64,000 bases of DNA from the NCBI GenBank assembly GCA_037479115.1, contig JBBFLK010000002.1, positions 148,040-212,039 of the forward strand, written 5' to 3'. Below, in pieces: positions 55,663 to 64,000 of the stretch (positions are counted from its first letter, which is position 1; the number at the start of each line of letters is the position of its first letter). This stretch comes from Anaerohalosphaeraceae bacterium. GTDB lineage: Bacteria; Planctomycetota; Phycisphaerae; Sedimentisphaerales; Anaerohalosphaeraceae. Under the pieces are notes generated by a model. That model saw only the letters and a program-made list of their open reading frames with translations. It was not told the origin of the DNA and searched no databases. The translations under genes and the position numbers were made by a program.

Positions 55663-55977
55663 TTACTCATCCTGTCTGTCATCTTCCAGCCAGCAGCCGC
55701 TGCCGTGAAAGAAAACATCAAAGAAATGCTCAAACGGCGCCTGCGACGCAATCAGAGAATGGGCCTCATCGAGCACATCTTCCGGCACCAGGACCGCTAT
55801 CCCAGGCGACGCAGCCCCCTCGCTTTCGGGCTGCCGGACTACGGCGGGAATTCCGTTCTCCTCCAGCATTTTCTTATAGTGACGGGCCAAATCCATATCT
55901 TCCGCGAAGGCCACCGTCACAAATTCTCCGAGCGATGTCTTCTGAATCGGCTTATTCGGCTTTTTCGGCTCCGACAT
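55663..55977 (-). CDS. DUF2007-like small protein (putative signal-transducing fold), function unknown
   Basis: The ATG at 55977 has a GGAGCGG SD. FVTVAFAEDMDLARHYKKMLEENGIPAVV...IAVLVPEDVLDEAHSLI fits the DUF2007 pattern from memory. Confidence 0.55.
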   Translation of the reverse strand: MSEPKKPNKPIQKTSLGEFVTVAFAEDMDLARHYKKMLEENGIPAVVRQPESEGAASPGIAVLVPEDVLDEAHSLIASQAPFEHFFDVFFHGSGCWLEDDRQDE

Positions 55978-56073
55978 ATTCCGCTCCAAACACGGACAAT
56001 TCTGAGTTTTTGTCTGACTGCATCGACCCTTTCATCGACCAAGCCGCACACCCAATTAAGCACTTTCCCGCAG

Positions 56074-56098
56074 AAAAAACCCCTGCTTCAGACGGGGG
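56074..56098 (-). terminator. Orphan terminator-like hairpin (minus-strand orientation) with no obvious upstream gene
   Basis: Minus strand reads CCCCCG-tctgaag-CAGGGG followed by TTTTTT. It lies ~100 nt upstream of the DUF2007-like gene start. Confidence 0.3.
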
Positions 56099-56191
56099 CG
56101 GAAGGGTCAAACGGAACAAAGCGTTCATAGGGATTTTTGCGTCTATAGGCCCTCTGGATGCAAAATTTTGCGTTTTTTCGCAAATTTTTTA

Positions 56192-56220
56192 TTGCAAAGT
56201 CGGTCAAATACAGCCACAAT
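56192..56220 (+). promoter_or_regulatory. Candidate promoter of the histone-fold gene
   Basis: TTGCAA (56192-97), 17 nt, CACAAT (56215-20). It sits in an A/T-tract region that contains the perfect palindrome GCAAAATTTTGC (56160-56171). Confidence 0.3.
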
Positions 56221-56296
56221 ACGCCAAAACGTCGTTTAGCGGCACGTGCGTGCTGCTTTTATGGGAACCAAGTAACCTTTTACACGGAGGTGCCGT

Positions 56297-56521
56297 ATGG
56301 CAAAGAAGAAAGCCGCTGCAAAGAAAGCTGCCCCGAAAGGCGGCAAGTCGGAAATGCTGGTCGTCGCCAGCAAAGTCAAGGCCTACATCAAGTCCAAAGG
56401 GATGATGACTGCCAGTGATTCGATTGCGGCCTTGAACGACAAGATTTATCAGCTGCTCGATGCGGCCGTTTGCCGCACCCAGGCAAACCGGCGCAGCACC
56501 GTCAAGCCGCAGGACCTGTAA
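56297..56521 (+). CDS. Bacterial histone-fold protein (Bdellovibrio Bd0055/HBb-like singlet) with N-terminal Lys/Ala-rich tail
   Basis: 74 aa, MAKKKAAAKKAAPKGGKS + EMLVVASKVKAYIKSKGMMTASDSIAALNDKIYQLLDAAVCRTQANRRSTVKPQDL. This gives an alpha1-L1-alpha2-L2 pattern with the RxTVxxxD motif and a truncated alpha3. Strong GGAGG SD and its own terminator. Confidence 0.7.
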   Translation: MAKKKAAAKKAAPKGGKSEMLVVASKVKAYIKSKGMMTASDSIAALNDKIYQLLDAAVCRTQANRRSTVKPQDL

Positions 56522-56577
56522 GAGTCCTGACTGCTTAGGTTCTCCATGCCGCAGGCAGTCGGCAGGCAAAGAATCAA

Positions 56578-56610
56578 AAGCCGCTTCCTCCAAAGAAGTG
56601 GCTTTTTTTT
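56578..56610 (+). terminator. Intrinsic terminator of the histone-fold gene
   Basis: Stem AAGCCGCTTC / GAAGTGGCTT (one G-U pair), loop CTCCAAA, then eight T. Confidence 0.65.
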
Positions 56611-56821
56611 GTCTGGAAACCCCTCTCCCTGTCAAGATAGATAAATTTTTCACCGCTCCATCTGTGTCCCGACATCCTGAACTTTTTTCCCCCATTTTCA
56701 GTAAATTTCATTAGGTCTTTTGCAGATTTATTTTATAATTGATTTATTGTCAGAAGGTGGTAGGATGAGATTACATCTTGAATCTTTTTGAGAAAAAATG
56801 TGTGAGTAAACGGGGTCTGAT

Positions 56822-58162
56822 ATGAAAGTGTTCATGCTTGGTTGGGAGTTTCCGCCTTACATCAGCGGGGGCTTAGGTACCGCGTGCCATGGACTGACCA
56901 AAGCGTTAAGCGATTTGGGAGTCAAAATCACGTTTGTCCTCCCGAAACCGATTGAAACAAAAACGCCCACCCATGTCCAGATGCTCACGCCTCAGCATTG
57001 CCGAGCCACCCGGACGGTCACCCAAACCGCCGAAACCACGCAGGAACTCAAGAACGTTCAGTTCCATACGGTCAGCTCCCCCCTTCAGCCGTACACGACC
57101 CCGCAGCAGTACCAAAAGCGGCTGGAGGAACTTATCCGTCAAAAGCAGCTCCTGTCGTCCCAATCACAGCAGATGCTCGACCAGTGGCTGGAGCAGGAAA
57201 TCGAAGGCCTTTCCGTCAGCCCCGGCCAGTACAGCGGCGATATGTACACCGAAGTGCACCGCTACGCCGCCGCCGCCGTTCGCCTGGCCCTCCAGCAGGA
57301 ATTCGATGTAATTCACGCACACGACTGGATGACCTATCCGGCCGGAATCGCCGTTGCCGCCGTCAGCGGAAAACCGCTGGTCGTGCACGTCCATTCCACG
57401 GAATTCGACCGCAGCGGCGAACACGTCAACCAGATGATTTACGATATTGAACGACGCGGCATCCACGCCGCCGCCAAGGTCATTGCCGTCAGCTATCTGA
57501 CCCGCAACATCCTCCTGACCCGATACGGCGCGCTCGGCGACAAAATCGAGGTCATCTACAACGGCGTAGAGCCCGAAGACAGCAACCGCGTTTCCGCGCA
57601 GCAGGTCGGTATCCGCAGTGATGAAAAAATCGTCCTGTTCCTTGGACGAATCACCATGCAGAAAGGTCCCGAATACTTTCTCATGGCCGCCCGCAAGGTC
57701 CTCGAAGAAATGGAAAACGTCAAGTTCGTCATGGCCGGAAGCGGCGATATGATGCACCGCATCATCGAAATGGCGGCCCAGATGGGTATCGGACACAAAG
57801 TCCTCTTTACAGGCTTTCTCCGGGGCGAAGACGTCAACCGGGTCTATCAGATGGCGGACCTGTATGTCATGCCGTCCGTTTCCGAACCCTTCGGAATCGC
57901 TCCCCTGGAAGCCCTCAACCACGACGTGCCCGTCATCATCAGCAAGCAAAGCGGCGTCGCCGAAGTCCTCACACACGTCCTCAAAGTGGACTTCTGGGAC
58001 ATTCAGGAAATGGCCAACAAAATTATCGCCGTCCTGAAGTATCCGCCGCTCCAGATGACCCTGCGGGAACATGGAAACTTCGAGGTGCGCAAACTCAAAT
58101 GGTCCGGAGCGGCCAAGAAATGTTTGAAGGTCTATCAGGAAGTCACCCAGGTCGCCGTCTGA
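56822..58162 (+). CDS. Glycogen-synthase-like glycosyltransferase (GT4/GT5, GT-B fold)
   Basis: MKVFMLGWEFPPYISGGLGTAC..., HAHDWMT, and a C-terminal E-x7-E-type region (PSVSEPFGIAPLEAL). Confidence 0.8.
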   Translation: MKVFMLGWEFPPYISGGLGTACHGLTKALSDLGVKITFVLPKPIETKTPTHVQMLTPQHCRATRTVTQTAETTQELKNVQFHTVSSPLQPYTTPQQYQKRLEELIRQKQLLSSQSQQMLDQWLEQEIEGLSVSPGQYSGDMYTEVHRYAAAAVRLALQQEFDVIHAHDWMTYPAGIAVAAVSGKPLVVHVHSTEFDRSGEHVNQMIYDIERRGIHAAAKVIAVSYLTRNILLTRYGALGDKIEVIYNGVEPEDSNRVSAQQVGIRSDEKIVLFLGRITMQKGPEYFLMAARKVLEEMENVKFVMAGSGDMMHRIIEMAAQMGIGHKVLFTGFLRGEDVNRVYQMADLYVMPSVSEPFGIAPLEALNHDVPVIISKQSGVAEVLTHVLKVDFWDIQEMANKIIAVLKYPPLQMTLREHGNFEVRKLKWSGAAKKCLKVYQEVTQVAV

Positions 58163-58188
58163 AACTTCATGGAAGGTGAGGGTTTCGT

Positions 58189-59403
58189 ATGCCGTCGGTT
58201 TGCTTTTATTTCCAGGTGCATCAGCCGTTTCGGCTTCGGCACTATACCGTCTTTGACAAATCCGGTAACTACTTCGACGAATTCAAAAACGCCTCCATCT
58301 GCCGCAAGGTCGCCAACAAGTGCTACCTGCCCTCCAACCGGCTTCTGCTGAAGATGATTCGCCGCTATGAAGGACGCTTTAAGGTTTCCTTCAGCATCAC
58401 CGGCGTCGTCATCGAACAATTCCAGAAATACTGCCCCGAGGTCATCAGCACCTTTGATGCTCTGGCCGAAACCGGATGCGTCGAGTTTATCGCGGAAACC
58501 TACTACCACAGTCTCAGCTTCCTTTATTCCCGCAATGAATTTTTCGAACAGATTCAAAAGCATATTGAATTGATGCAGAAACTCTGGGGCCAAACTCCCC
58601 GCATCTTCCGCAATACAGAATTGATTTACAACAACCAGCTGGCGGAAACCATCGAGTCCTTAAATCAGTTTGACGCCGTCATCACGGAGGGCGCCGACCG
58701 CATTCTCGGCCACCGCAACGCCAACTTTGTCTATCGCCCCCCCAACTGCAAGCACCTGAAGCTGCTGTTGAAAAACTACTCCCTGTCCGATGACATCGCC
58801 TTCCGCTTCAGCAACCGCGGCTGGGAGGAATGGCCGCTGGATGCCCCCAAGTTTGCCCGATGGATTGACCAGATTAACGGCTGCGGCCATACCGTCAATC
58901 TCTTTATGGACTACGAAACCTTCGGGGAACACCAGTGGGAGGACACCGGCATCTTCGACTTTATGTACCATCTGCCCGAATACATCCTCCGCCACCCCGA
59001 CAACAACTTTATGACGCCCAGCGAAGTGGTTCGCACTTATCCGGTCATGGACGTGGTCGATGTCCCCCACGTTATCAGCTGGGCCGATATGGAACGGGAC
59101 TTGTCCGCCTGGCTGGGCAACGCCATGCAGTCCAACGCCCTCCACGAAGTTTATAAAATGGAGAAACTCGTCAAGCAGACCCAGGACCCCCAGATTATTG
59201 AGGATTGGAGAAAACTGCTGACCTCCGATCATTTCTATTATATGTGCACCAAGTATTTCTCCGACGGCGATGTCCACAAATACTTCAATCCCTACGAGTC
59301 GCCGTATGATTCCTATATTAATTATATGAACGTGCTTAATCATCTGCGGGAACGCTGCAAACAGGCCCTGACTCAGCAAACCGTCTCCGAACAGGCCTCC
59401 TGA
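58189..59403 (+). CDS. GH57 family alpha-glucan-active enzyme (amylase/branching-like)
   Basis: VCFYFQVHQPFRLRHY, MDYETFGEHQW (GH57 catalytic region). Confidence 0.82.
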   Translation: MPSVCFYFQVHQPFRLRHYTVFDKSGNYFDEFKNASICRKVANKCYLPSNRLLLKMIRRYEGRFKVSFSITGVVIEQFQKYCPEVISTFDALAETGCVEFIAETYYHSLSFLYSRNEFFEQIQKHIELMQKLWGQTPRIFRNTELIYNNQLAETIESLNQFDAVITEGADRILGHRNANFVYRPPNCKHLKLLLKNYSLSDDIAFRFSNRGWEEWPLDAPKFARWIDQINGCGHTVNLFMDYETFGEHQWEDTGIFDFMYHLPEYILRHPDNNFMTPSEVVRTYPVMDVVDVPHVISWADMERDLSAWLGNAMQSNALHEVYKMEKLVKQTQDPQIIEDWRKLLTSDHFYYMCTKYFSDGDVHKYFNPYESPYDSYINYMNVLNHLRERCKQALTQQTVSEQAS

Positions 59404-59428
59404 ACGCCTGCGCGGATTAAAGAATGCA

Positions 59429-61441
59429 ATGGAACTGCACAAAGAAGCCATCCTGGCCGTCAACCTCAGCGACCTGCCGCTGGAGGAGATGCTCAGCCGG
59501 GAATGGCTCTTGACCAACAGCCGCGGGGGTTTTGCCTTTTCCACGCTGGCCGGCTGCAATACCCGACGCTATCACGGCCTGCTCATCGGAACTCCCCATC
59601 CTCCCGCCGCCCGGTTTCTCGGCCTGGCCGCCTGCCTGGAAAAAATCTCTCTCGAAGAAGATTCGCTGGAATTCAGCTGTTTTGAATTCGACCGAACCTT
59701 CCACCCGAAAGGTTACGAACATCTGACCGCCTTCTCCCGCGATATCGGCGTCCACTTCGAATATGAACTCGGTCTGGCCCGATGCACCAAATCCGTTTAT
59801 CTGCACCCCACCGAAGACATCGTCGCCGTCGAGTACGCCTTCAGCCATCTGGTCCGCCCATTCACTTTTTCTCTGCTGCCGCTGGCGGCCATGCGGGATT
59901 TTCACGGCCTCCAAAACGCCGCCCGCCCCATAACCGCTGAAACAAAAAGGCCTCACGCCGTCTGCATTACCGGCCCCTCTGAAGACGACCTTCAGCTGCA
60001 TCTCGTCGTCTCATCAATGACCTTCCGGCCGGCCCCCCATTGGTGGTACCGCTTTTACTACCGCATCGAGGCCCAGCGGGGACAGGACTGTTTCGAGGAC
60101 CTCTGGGCCCCCGGCTGGTACTCCTGCCGCATCGAACAGCCCGGCTCAGTCATTCTGTGGGCCGCCCTGAAGCCTGCCGGTTCCTCCTTCGAACCGCCGG
60201 ACTTTCACCAAATGCTCAAAGACCTCGCCAATCGCCAAAAAGACCTCTGCCGCAGCGCCTTCTCGCGAGACCCCATTCAAAAGGCCCTGTTTATCTCTGC
60301 GGGGCAATTCGTGGTCGAACGAACCATTCAGGGACGCACAAGCCCGACTATCCTGGCCGGCTATCCCTGGTTTCTCGACTGGGGACGGGATGCCTTCATT
60401 GCCCTGCCGGGTCTTTGCCTGAGCACGGGCCGTACCGACACGGCCGCCGGCGTTCTGCAGACCTTTGCCGAGGCCGTCAGCGAAGGAATGATTCCCAACC
60501 GCTTTGACGATTACGGCGGACCGGCCCATTACAACAGCATCGACGCCTCGCTCTGGTTTGTCGAAGCCGCCTACCAATGGCTCCAACAAACGCAGAACCA
60601 ATCCTTTTTCGAAAAAAATCTTCTGCCCGCCGTTCTGCAAATCCTCAGCGGATACCAGGAAGGGACCCGTTTCGGCATCCACGCCGACGCCGACGGTCTT
60701 ATCACCGGCGGCGACCCGCAGACGCAGCTGACCTGGATGGATGCCAAATGCGGCGATGTGGTCTTTACCCCTCGATACGGCAAGGCCGTGGAAATCAACG
60801 CCCTCTGGTATGACATCCTCTGCCGCACAGCCGACTACTTCCAAAACCGAAACCGCTCCAAGGCCGAGTTTTTCGCTGCTCGCGCAGAACTGGTCAAACA
60901 GAATTTCAGCCGGCTTTTCTGGAATGAACACACCGGCTGCCTGAATGACTGCATCCTCCCCGACGGCACCCCCGACCCGTCCATCCGTCCCAATCAGATT
61001 TTCGCCGTCTCCCTCCTTCACAGCCCCTTGTCGCCCAACCGCCAGAAACGCGTGGTTCAAATTGTCCAGCAGGAATTGCTGACCCCCTACGGCCTTCGGA
61101 CCCTTAGCCCGCGCGACCCCCGGTACATCGGACGCTATGAAGGAGATATGTTCCGCCGCGATGCCGCTTATCATCAGGGAACCGTCTGGCCTTGGCTGAT
61201 GGGGGCTTTTCTGGAGGCCTTTCTGAAAGTCCACAACAACAGTCCGCAGGCCCGCAAGCAGACCGCCGCCATGCTTTCTCCTTTGATTCATCATTTTGCC
61301 AACCACGCCTGTCTGGGCAGCATTTCGGAAATCTTCGATGGGGACGCACCGCACTATCCACGCGGATGTCCCGCCCAGGCCTGGAGTGTGGCGGAAGTCC
61401 TGCGTATCTGGCTGCTCCTTCAGCAGGCCGCTTCGTCCTGA
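59429..61441 (+). CDS. Amylo-alpha-1,6-glucosidase / glycogen debranching enzyme (GDE_N + GDE_C, archaeal type)
   Basis: EWLLTNSRGGFAFSTLAGCNTRRYHGLL, GYPWFLDWGRDAFIAL, AQAWSVAEVLR. Confidence 0.85.
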   Translation: MELHKEAILAVNLSDLPLEEMLSREWLLTNSRGGFAFSTLAGCNTRRYHGLLIGTPHPPAARFLGLAACLEKISLEEDSLEFSCFEFDRTFHPKGYEHLTAFSRDIGVHFEYELGLARCTKSVYLHPTEDIVAVEYAFSHLVRPFTFSLLPLAAMRDFHGLQNAARPITAETKRPHAVCITGPSEDDLQLHLVVSSMTFRPAPHWWYRFYYRIEAQRGQDCFEDLWAPGWYSCRIEQPGSVILWAALKPAGSSFEPPDFHQMLKDLANRQKDLCRSAFSRDPIQKALFISAGQFVVERTIQGRTSPTILAGYPWFLDWGRDAFIALPGLCLSTGRTDTAAGVLQTFAEAVSEGMIPNRFDDYGGPAHYNSIDASLWFVEAAYQWLQQTQNQSFFEKNLLPAVLQILSGYQEGTRFGIHADADGLITGGDPQTQLTWMDAKCGDVVFTPRYGKAVEINALWYDILCRTADYFQNRNRSKAEFFAARAELVKQNFSRLFWNEHTGCLNDCILPDGTPDPSIRPNQIFAVSLLHSPLSPNRQKRVVQIVQQELLTPYGLRTLSPRDPRYIGRYEGDMFRRDAAYHQGTVWPWLMGAFLEAFLKVHNNSPQARKQTAAMLSPLIHHFANHACLGSISEIFDGDAPHYPRGCPAQAWSVAEVLRIWLLLQQAASS

Positions 61442-62334
61442 GTCCCCTCCGGCGAACCGGACTTCTTCGGCTTCTTTCGAGTTCGTCTGTTCGGCAGATA
61501 ATCCATCAGGAGATACACCTTGCGGAATACCGACGACGGCAGCTTCTGCTTCAGCATTCGCCGGGCCTCCGACAAGCTCGTCCGCTGGGTTAGATGTGTC
61601 AGCAGGACAAACTCATTGTTCATCTTTTCCAGAAGCGGCCCCAGCTCCTCAATATGCATATGCCGCCCCGCCTCCGCCCGGCCGGCATGTTCCTCTTCAT
61701 AAAAGGTGCATTCCGCAATTAACAGCCGACTGTTGGAAATATAATCCAGCTGCGAAAAGTCCACATACTGGGTATCCCCCAGATAACTGACCAGCGGAAT
61801 CTCCAGCGGCCGGTCTATTTCGATTCCCTGCCTCTTTAATTCTACCAATTGCGGACCCGTTAACCCCTTATATTCCTCTCGGAGTTTTTTTCGCCGTTCC
61901 AGAACAGAAAACCCAACCGCCCCAACCGTGTGCTTTGTAGGGAAAACCCTCACAAACAGATTCGGTTTTACCGAATATTCCTCCCCCGGCCCCACCGCAA
62001 CAAGATTGCCTTTTATTCGGCTTCCATCCAGCTTGCTCCAGGCATTGAGAATCTGTCGAATCGGGCCGAGCGTATTCGGCGGAGCCAGAACCGTCCCCGG
62101 CGAAAGACCGCAAAACTGGCGATGCGAAAGATAATAGGCAATCCCCGCCGCATGGTCCATATGGCCGTGCGTCAGGAGCACATGATTAATAGGAATCACC
62201 TGGTCGGGGGCTTTGCCGATGTCAAAGCAGACATCCAGCTGCGGCATAGCAACCACCGTTTCCTCACCGGCGACCGAATACCCCAAAACATCCAGATTGC
62301 CTATTTGTATGTGGGCCAGATTATGACTGGGCAT
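61420..62334 (-). CDS. MBL-fold metallo-hydrolase, RNase Z/ElaC-like, with basic C-terminal tail
   Basis: VLLTHGHMDHAAG (HxHxDH). Length is typical of short RNase Z. Tail NRRTRKKPKKSG. The 3' end overlaps the debranching-enzyme gene by 22 nt (convergent). Confidence 0.75.
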   Translation of the reverse strand: MPSHNLAHIQIGNLDVLGYSVAGEETVVAMPQLDVCFDIGKAPDQVIPINHVLLTHGHMDHAAGIAYYLSHRQFCGLSPGTVLAPPNTLGPIRQILNAWSKLDGSRIKGNLVAVGPGEEYSVKPNLFVRVFPTKHTVGAVGFSVLERRKKLREEYKGLTGPQLVELKRQGIEIDRPLEIPLVSYLGDTQYVDFSQLDYISNSRLLIAECTFYEEEHAGRAEAGRHMHIEELGPLLEKMNNEFVLLTHLTQRTSLSEARRMLKQKLPSSVFRKVYLLMDYLPNRRTRKKPKKSGSPEGTQDEAAC

Positions 62335-62355
62335 ATCCTGTTCCTAAAAAAACGA

Positions 62356-62384
62356 ATCGTAGAAAAAACAACCTTCTCTGTCAA
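62356..62384 (-). promoter_or_regulatory. Candidate promoter of the MBL gene
   Basis: Minus strand reads TTGACA (62384-79), 17 nt, TACGAT (62361-56). An AGGAA SD precedes the ATG. Confidence 0.45.
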
Positions 62385-62396
62385 CTTTTTCCTCCC

Positions 62397-62425
62397 TTGA
62401 ACTGCCCTCCTCCACTCGCTATCCT
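62397..62425 (+). promoter_or_regulatory. Candidate promoter giving a leaderless mRNA for the DUF434-like gene
   Basis: TTGAAC (62397-402), 17 nt, TATCCT (62420-25), 6 nt, then ATG 62432. Confidence 0.45.
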
Positions 62426-62431
62426 GAAAGA

Positions 62432-63169
62432 ATGCCTGACAAACGCACCCATCGCGGTCCCCATCCGGAAGATAAGCGGCTCTTCGCCGCCGACCAAATT
62501 CCCCTTCTCCAAAAGGCCGTCAGCCATTACTCCTGGCTCCTGACCCGCGGATATGCCCAGACAAGCGCCCTGAAACTGGTGGGCGACCACTTTTCCCTCG
62601 ACAGCCGACAGCGGCTGGCCGTGATGCGTTCCGCCTGCTCCGACACCCAGCGAATCCTGCGAAAGCAGAAAGAAATCCCCCTTTCAAACCTTGCAAACCG
62701 CACGCTTCTGCTCGACGGATACAATATTCTCATCACCCTCGAAGCAGCCCTCAGCGGCGGAGTGCTTCTCGTCGGTCAGGATGGATGCATCCGGGACTTA
62801 TCCGGTCTTCACGGGACATGGAGGAAAGTTTCGGAAACCCTTCCGGCGGTCGAACTGGCCGCAGAAACCCTCAAAAAGCTAAACCCCAAAGAAGTCCTCT
62901 GGCTCCTGGACCGTCCTGTGTCGAACTCCGGCCGGCTGAAAGTCCTCCTCGAAGACTTCTTCAAAACTCAAAACCTCCCCTGGCAGGTCGAAATCCATCA
63001 AAACCCGGACCAGCTCCTCCGGCAAACCCCTTCGCCGGTCGCTACAAGCGACAGCGCCGTTCTGGACGAATGCCCCGGCTGGTTTAACCTGACTCGGGAA
63101 GCACTGAATCATTTGCCCTCCTCTTCCCTATTTCTCATCGACCTGAGCGCGACGAATGAAGAGAAATAA
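62432..63169 (+). CDS. DUF434-like protein with a C-terminal PIN/NYN-like half (function unknown)
   Basis: HRGPHPEDKRLF...SWLLTRGYAQTSALKLVGDHFSLDSRQRLAVMR resembles the DUF434 pattern from memory. The C-terminal half contains LLLDGYNILI...WLLDRPVSNSG. Confidence 0.55.
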   Translation: MPDKRTHRGPHPEDKRLFAADQIPLLQKAVSHYSWLLTRGYAQTSALKLVGDHFSLDSRQRLAVMRSACSDTQRILRKQKEIPLSNLANRTLLLDGYNILITLEAALSGGVLLVGQDGCIRDLSGLHGTWRKVSETLPAVELAAETLKKLNPKEVLWLLDRPVSNSGRLKVLLEDFFKTQNLPWQVEIHQNPDQLLRQTPSPVATSDSAVLDECPGWFNLTREALNHLPSSSLFLIDLSATNEEK

Positions 63170-63179
63170 ATGCTTGCCG

Positions 63180-63207
63180 TTGCTTACGGATAAAATTTGG
63201 ATATAAT
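63180..63207 (+). promoter_or_regulatory. Candidate leuS promoter
   Basis: TTGCTT (63180-85), 16 nt, TATAAT (63202-07). Confidence 0.4.
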
Positions 63208-63275
63208 ACGTTTTTTCAATCAAATCATTCATTGCTGATAAATAATGTAGGGTTTGACCAGTTTAGAGAATTCTT

Positions 63276-64000
63276 ATGGAAAACGGCCGATACGACTTTC
63301 TTGCGATCGAAAAAAAATGGCAGGATTATTGGCTTCGCAATAAAACTTTTAAGGCCCCGGACGGCCGACCCCTTCCAAAAGGCCAGCAGCCCCCTCAGCC
63401 CGACCCGAAAGCTCCGCTTCACGAACGCCCCAAGTACTACGTCCTCGATATGTTTCCCTATCCGTCCGCCCAGGGGCTCCATGTCGGCCATCCGGAAGGA
63501 TACACCGCCAGCGATATTGTCGCACGGTACAAGCGAATGAAGGGCTACAATGTCCTCCATCCGATCGGCTGGGACGCCTTCGGGCTGCCTGCCGAACAGT
63601 ACGCCGTCCAGACCGGCACCCATCCGGCCGTCACCACCCAGCGGAATATCGAAAACATGCGACGCCAGATTCAGGCCCTCGGTTTCAGCTATGACTGGGA
63701 CCGACAGGTCGATACCACCGATATCCGCTATTACAAATGGACTCAATGGATTTTCCTGAAGTTCTACAACAGCTGGTTCGACGAAAAACTCCAGAAGGCC
63801 CGACCGATTGAAGAGCTGCCGATTCCGGAAGAAATTGCTGCCCAGGGCGAGAAAGCGGTCCGGAAATACATCGATGACCACCGGCTTGCCTACGAGGCCG
63901 AAGCCCCGGTCAACTGGTGCCCGGCTCTCGGAACCGTGCTGGCCAATGAAGAAGTCGTCGGCGGCGTCAGCGAACGCGGCGGCTATCCGGTCATCCGAAA
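63276..64000 (+). CDS. leuS: Leucyl-tRNA synthetase, N-terminal part (runs off the window end)
   Basis: Not in the ORF track because there is no stop in the window. The ATG at 63276 reads [19 protein letters not shown]...[22 protein letters not shown] (HIGH motif)...[16 protein letters not shown]. Confidence 0.93.
   Translation, partial: MENGRYDFLAIEKKWQDYWLRNKTFKAPDGRPLPKGQQPPQPDPKAPLHERPKYYVLDMFPYPSAQGLHVGHPEGYTASDIVARYKRMKGYNVLHPIGWDAFGLPAEQYAVQTGTHPAVTTQRNIENMRRQIQALGFSYDWDRQVDTTDIRYYKWTQWIFLKFYNSWFDEKLQKARPIEELPIPEEIAAQGEKAVRKYIDDHRLAYEAEAPVNWCPALGTVLANEEVVGGVSERGGYPVIR

Noticed and set aside
57164-61354. Long minus-strand ORFs (302, 299 and 402 aa) across the glycogen cluster
   Set aside because: All are antisense to plus-strand genes with clear GT, GH57 and GDE motifs, and their translations are compositionally biased.

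Overview
This is a 64-kb chromosomal window from a moderately high-GC Gram-negative bacterium. The gene content includes many secreted glycoside hydrolases, a PilM-like fusion protein, a siroheme-dependent heme pathway and a GxxExxY gene. That mix suggests an anaerobic polysaccharide degrader, possibly in the PVC/Planctomycetota-like group, but the taxonomy is inference only. I found about 50 protein-coding genes and no rRNA, tRNA, CRISPR array, transposase or integrase.

Main blocks, in order:
1. A partial beta-helix glycanase-like gene.
2. A gatC-gatA-gatB operon interrupted by an esterase gene and an AT-rich GxxExxY gene.
3. A GH74 + GH31 xyloglucan pair, then dprA.
4. A sugar ABC transporter divergent from a SASA-type acetylesterase.
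5. A translationally coupled 7-gene alternative (siroheme-dependent) heme operon: hemA-hemC-cobA/hemD-ahbC-hemB-ahbD-ahbAB.
6. A secreted triple-repeat protein, azoR, mipA, and ychF coupled to a lone fumarase beta subunit.
7. sirC and sixA.
8. A YtrA-type GntR + ABC module with a zinc-ribbon membrane protein.
9. A three-gene cluster made of a PilM-PilN fusion and two bitopic proteins rich in Gly/Met/Pro low-complexity tracts. No other pilus or secretion genes are present. This is my best candidate for an undescribed system.
10. mtaB, a GH5 enzyme, carB and a HAD phosphatase.
11. trpEGDFBA preceded by what looks like a classical leader-peptide attenuator (two tandem Trp codons).
12. Two small hypothetical genes, then a monocistronic bacterial histone-fold gene with a Lys/Ala-rich tail.
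13. A glycogen cluster (GT-GH57-debranching enzyme), an RNase Z-like MBL hydrolase, a DUF434-like gene, and the start of leuS.

Several genes have a sigma70-like promoter ending 6-9 nt before the ATG, which points to leaderless mRNAs.

All functional calls come from motif recognition by eye. No BLAST, HMM or RNA-folding computation was possible. Start codons were picked using Shine-Dalgarno context; the ORF track appears to accept TTG/GTG starts.
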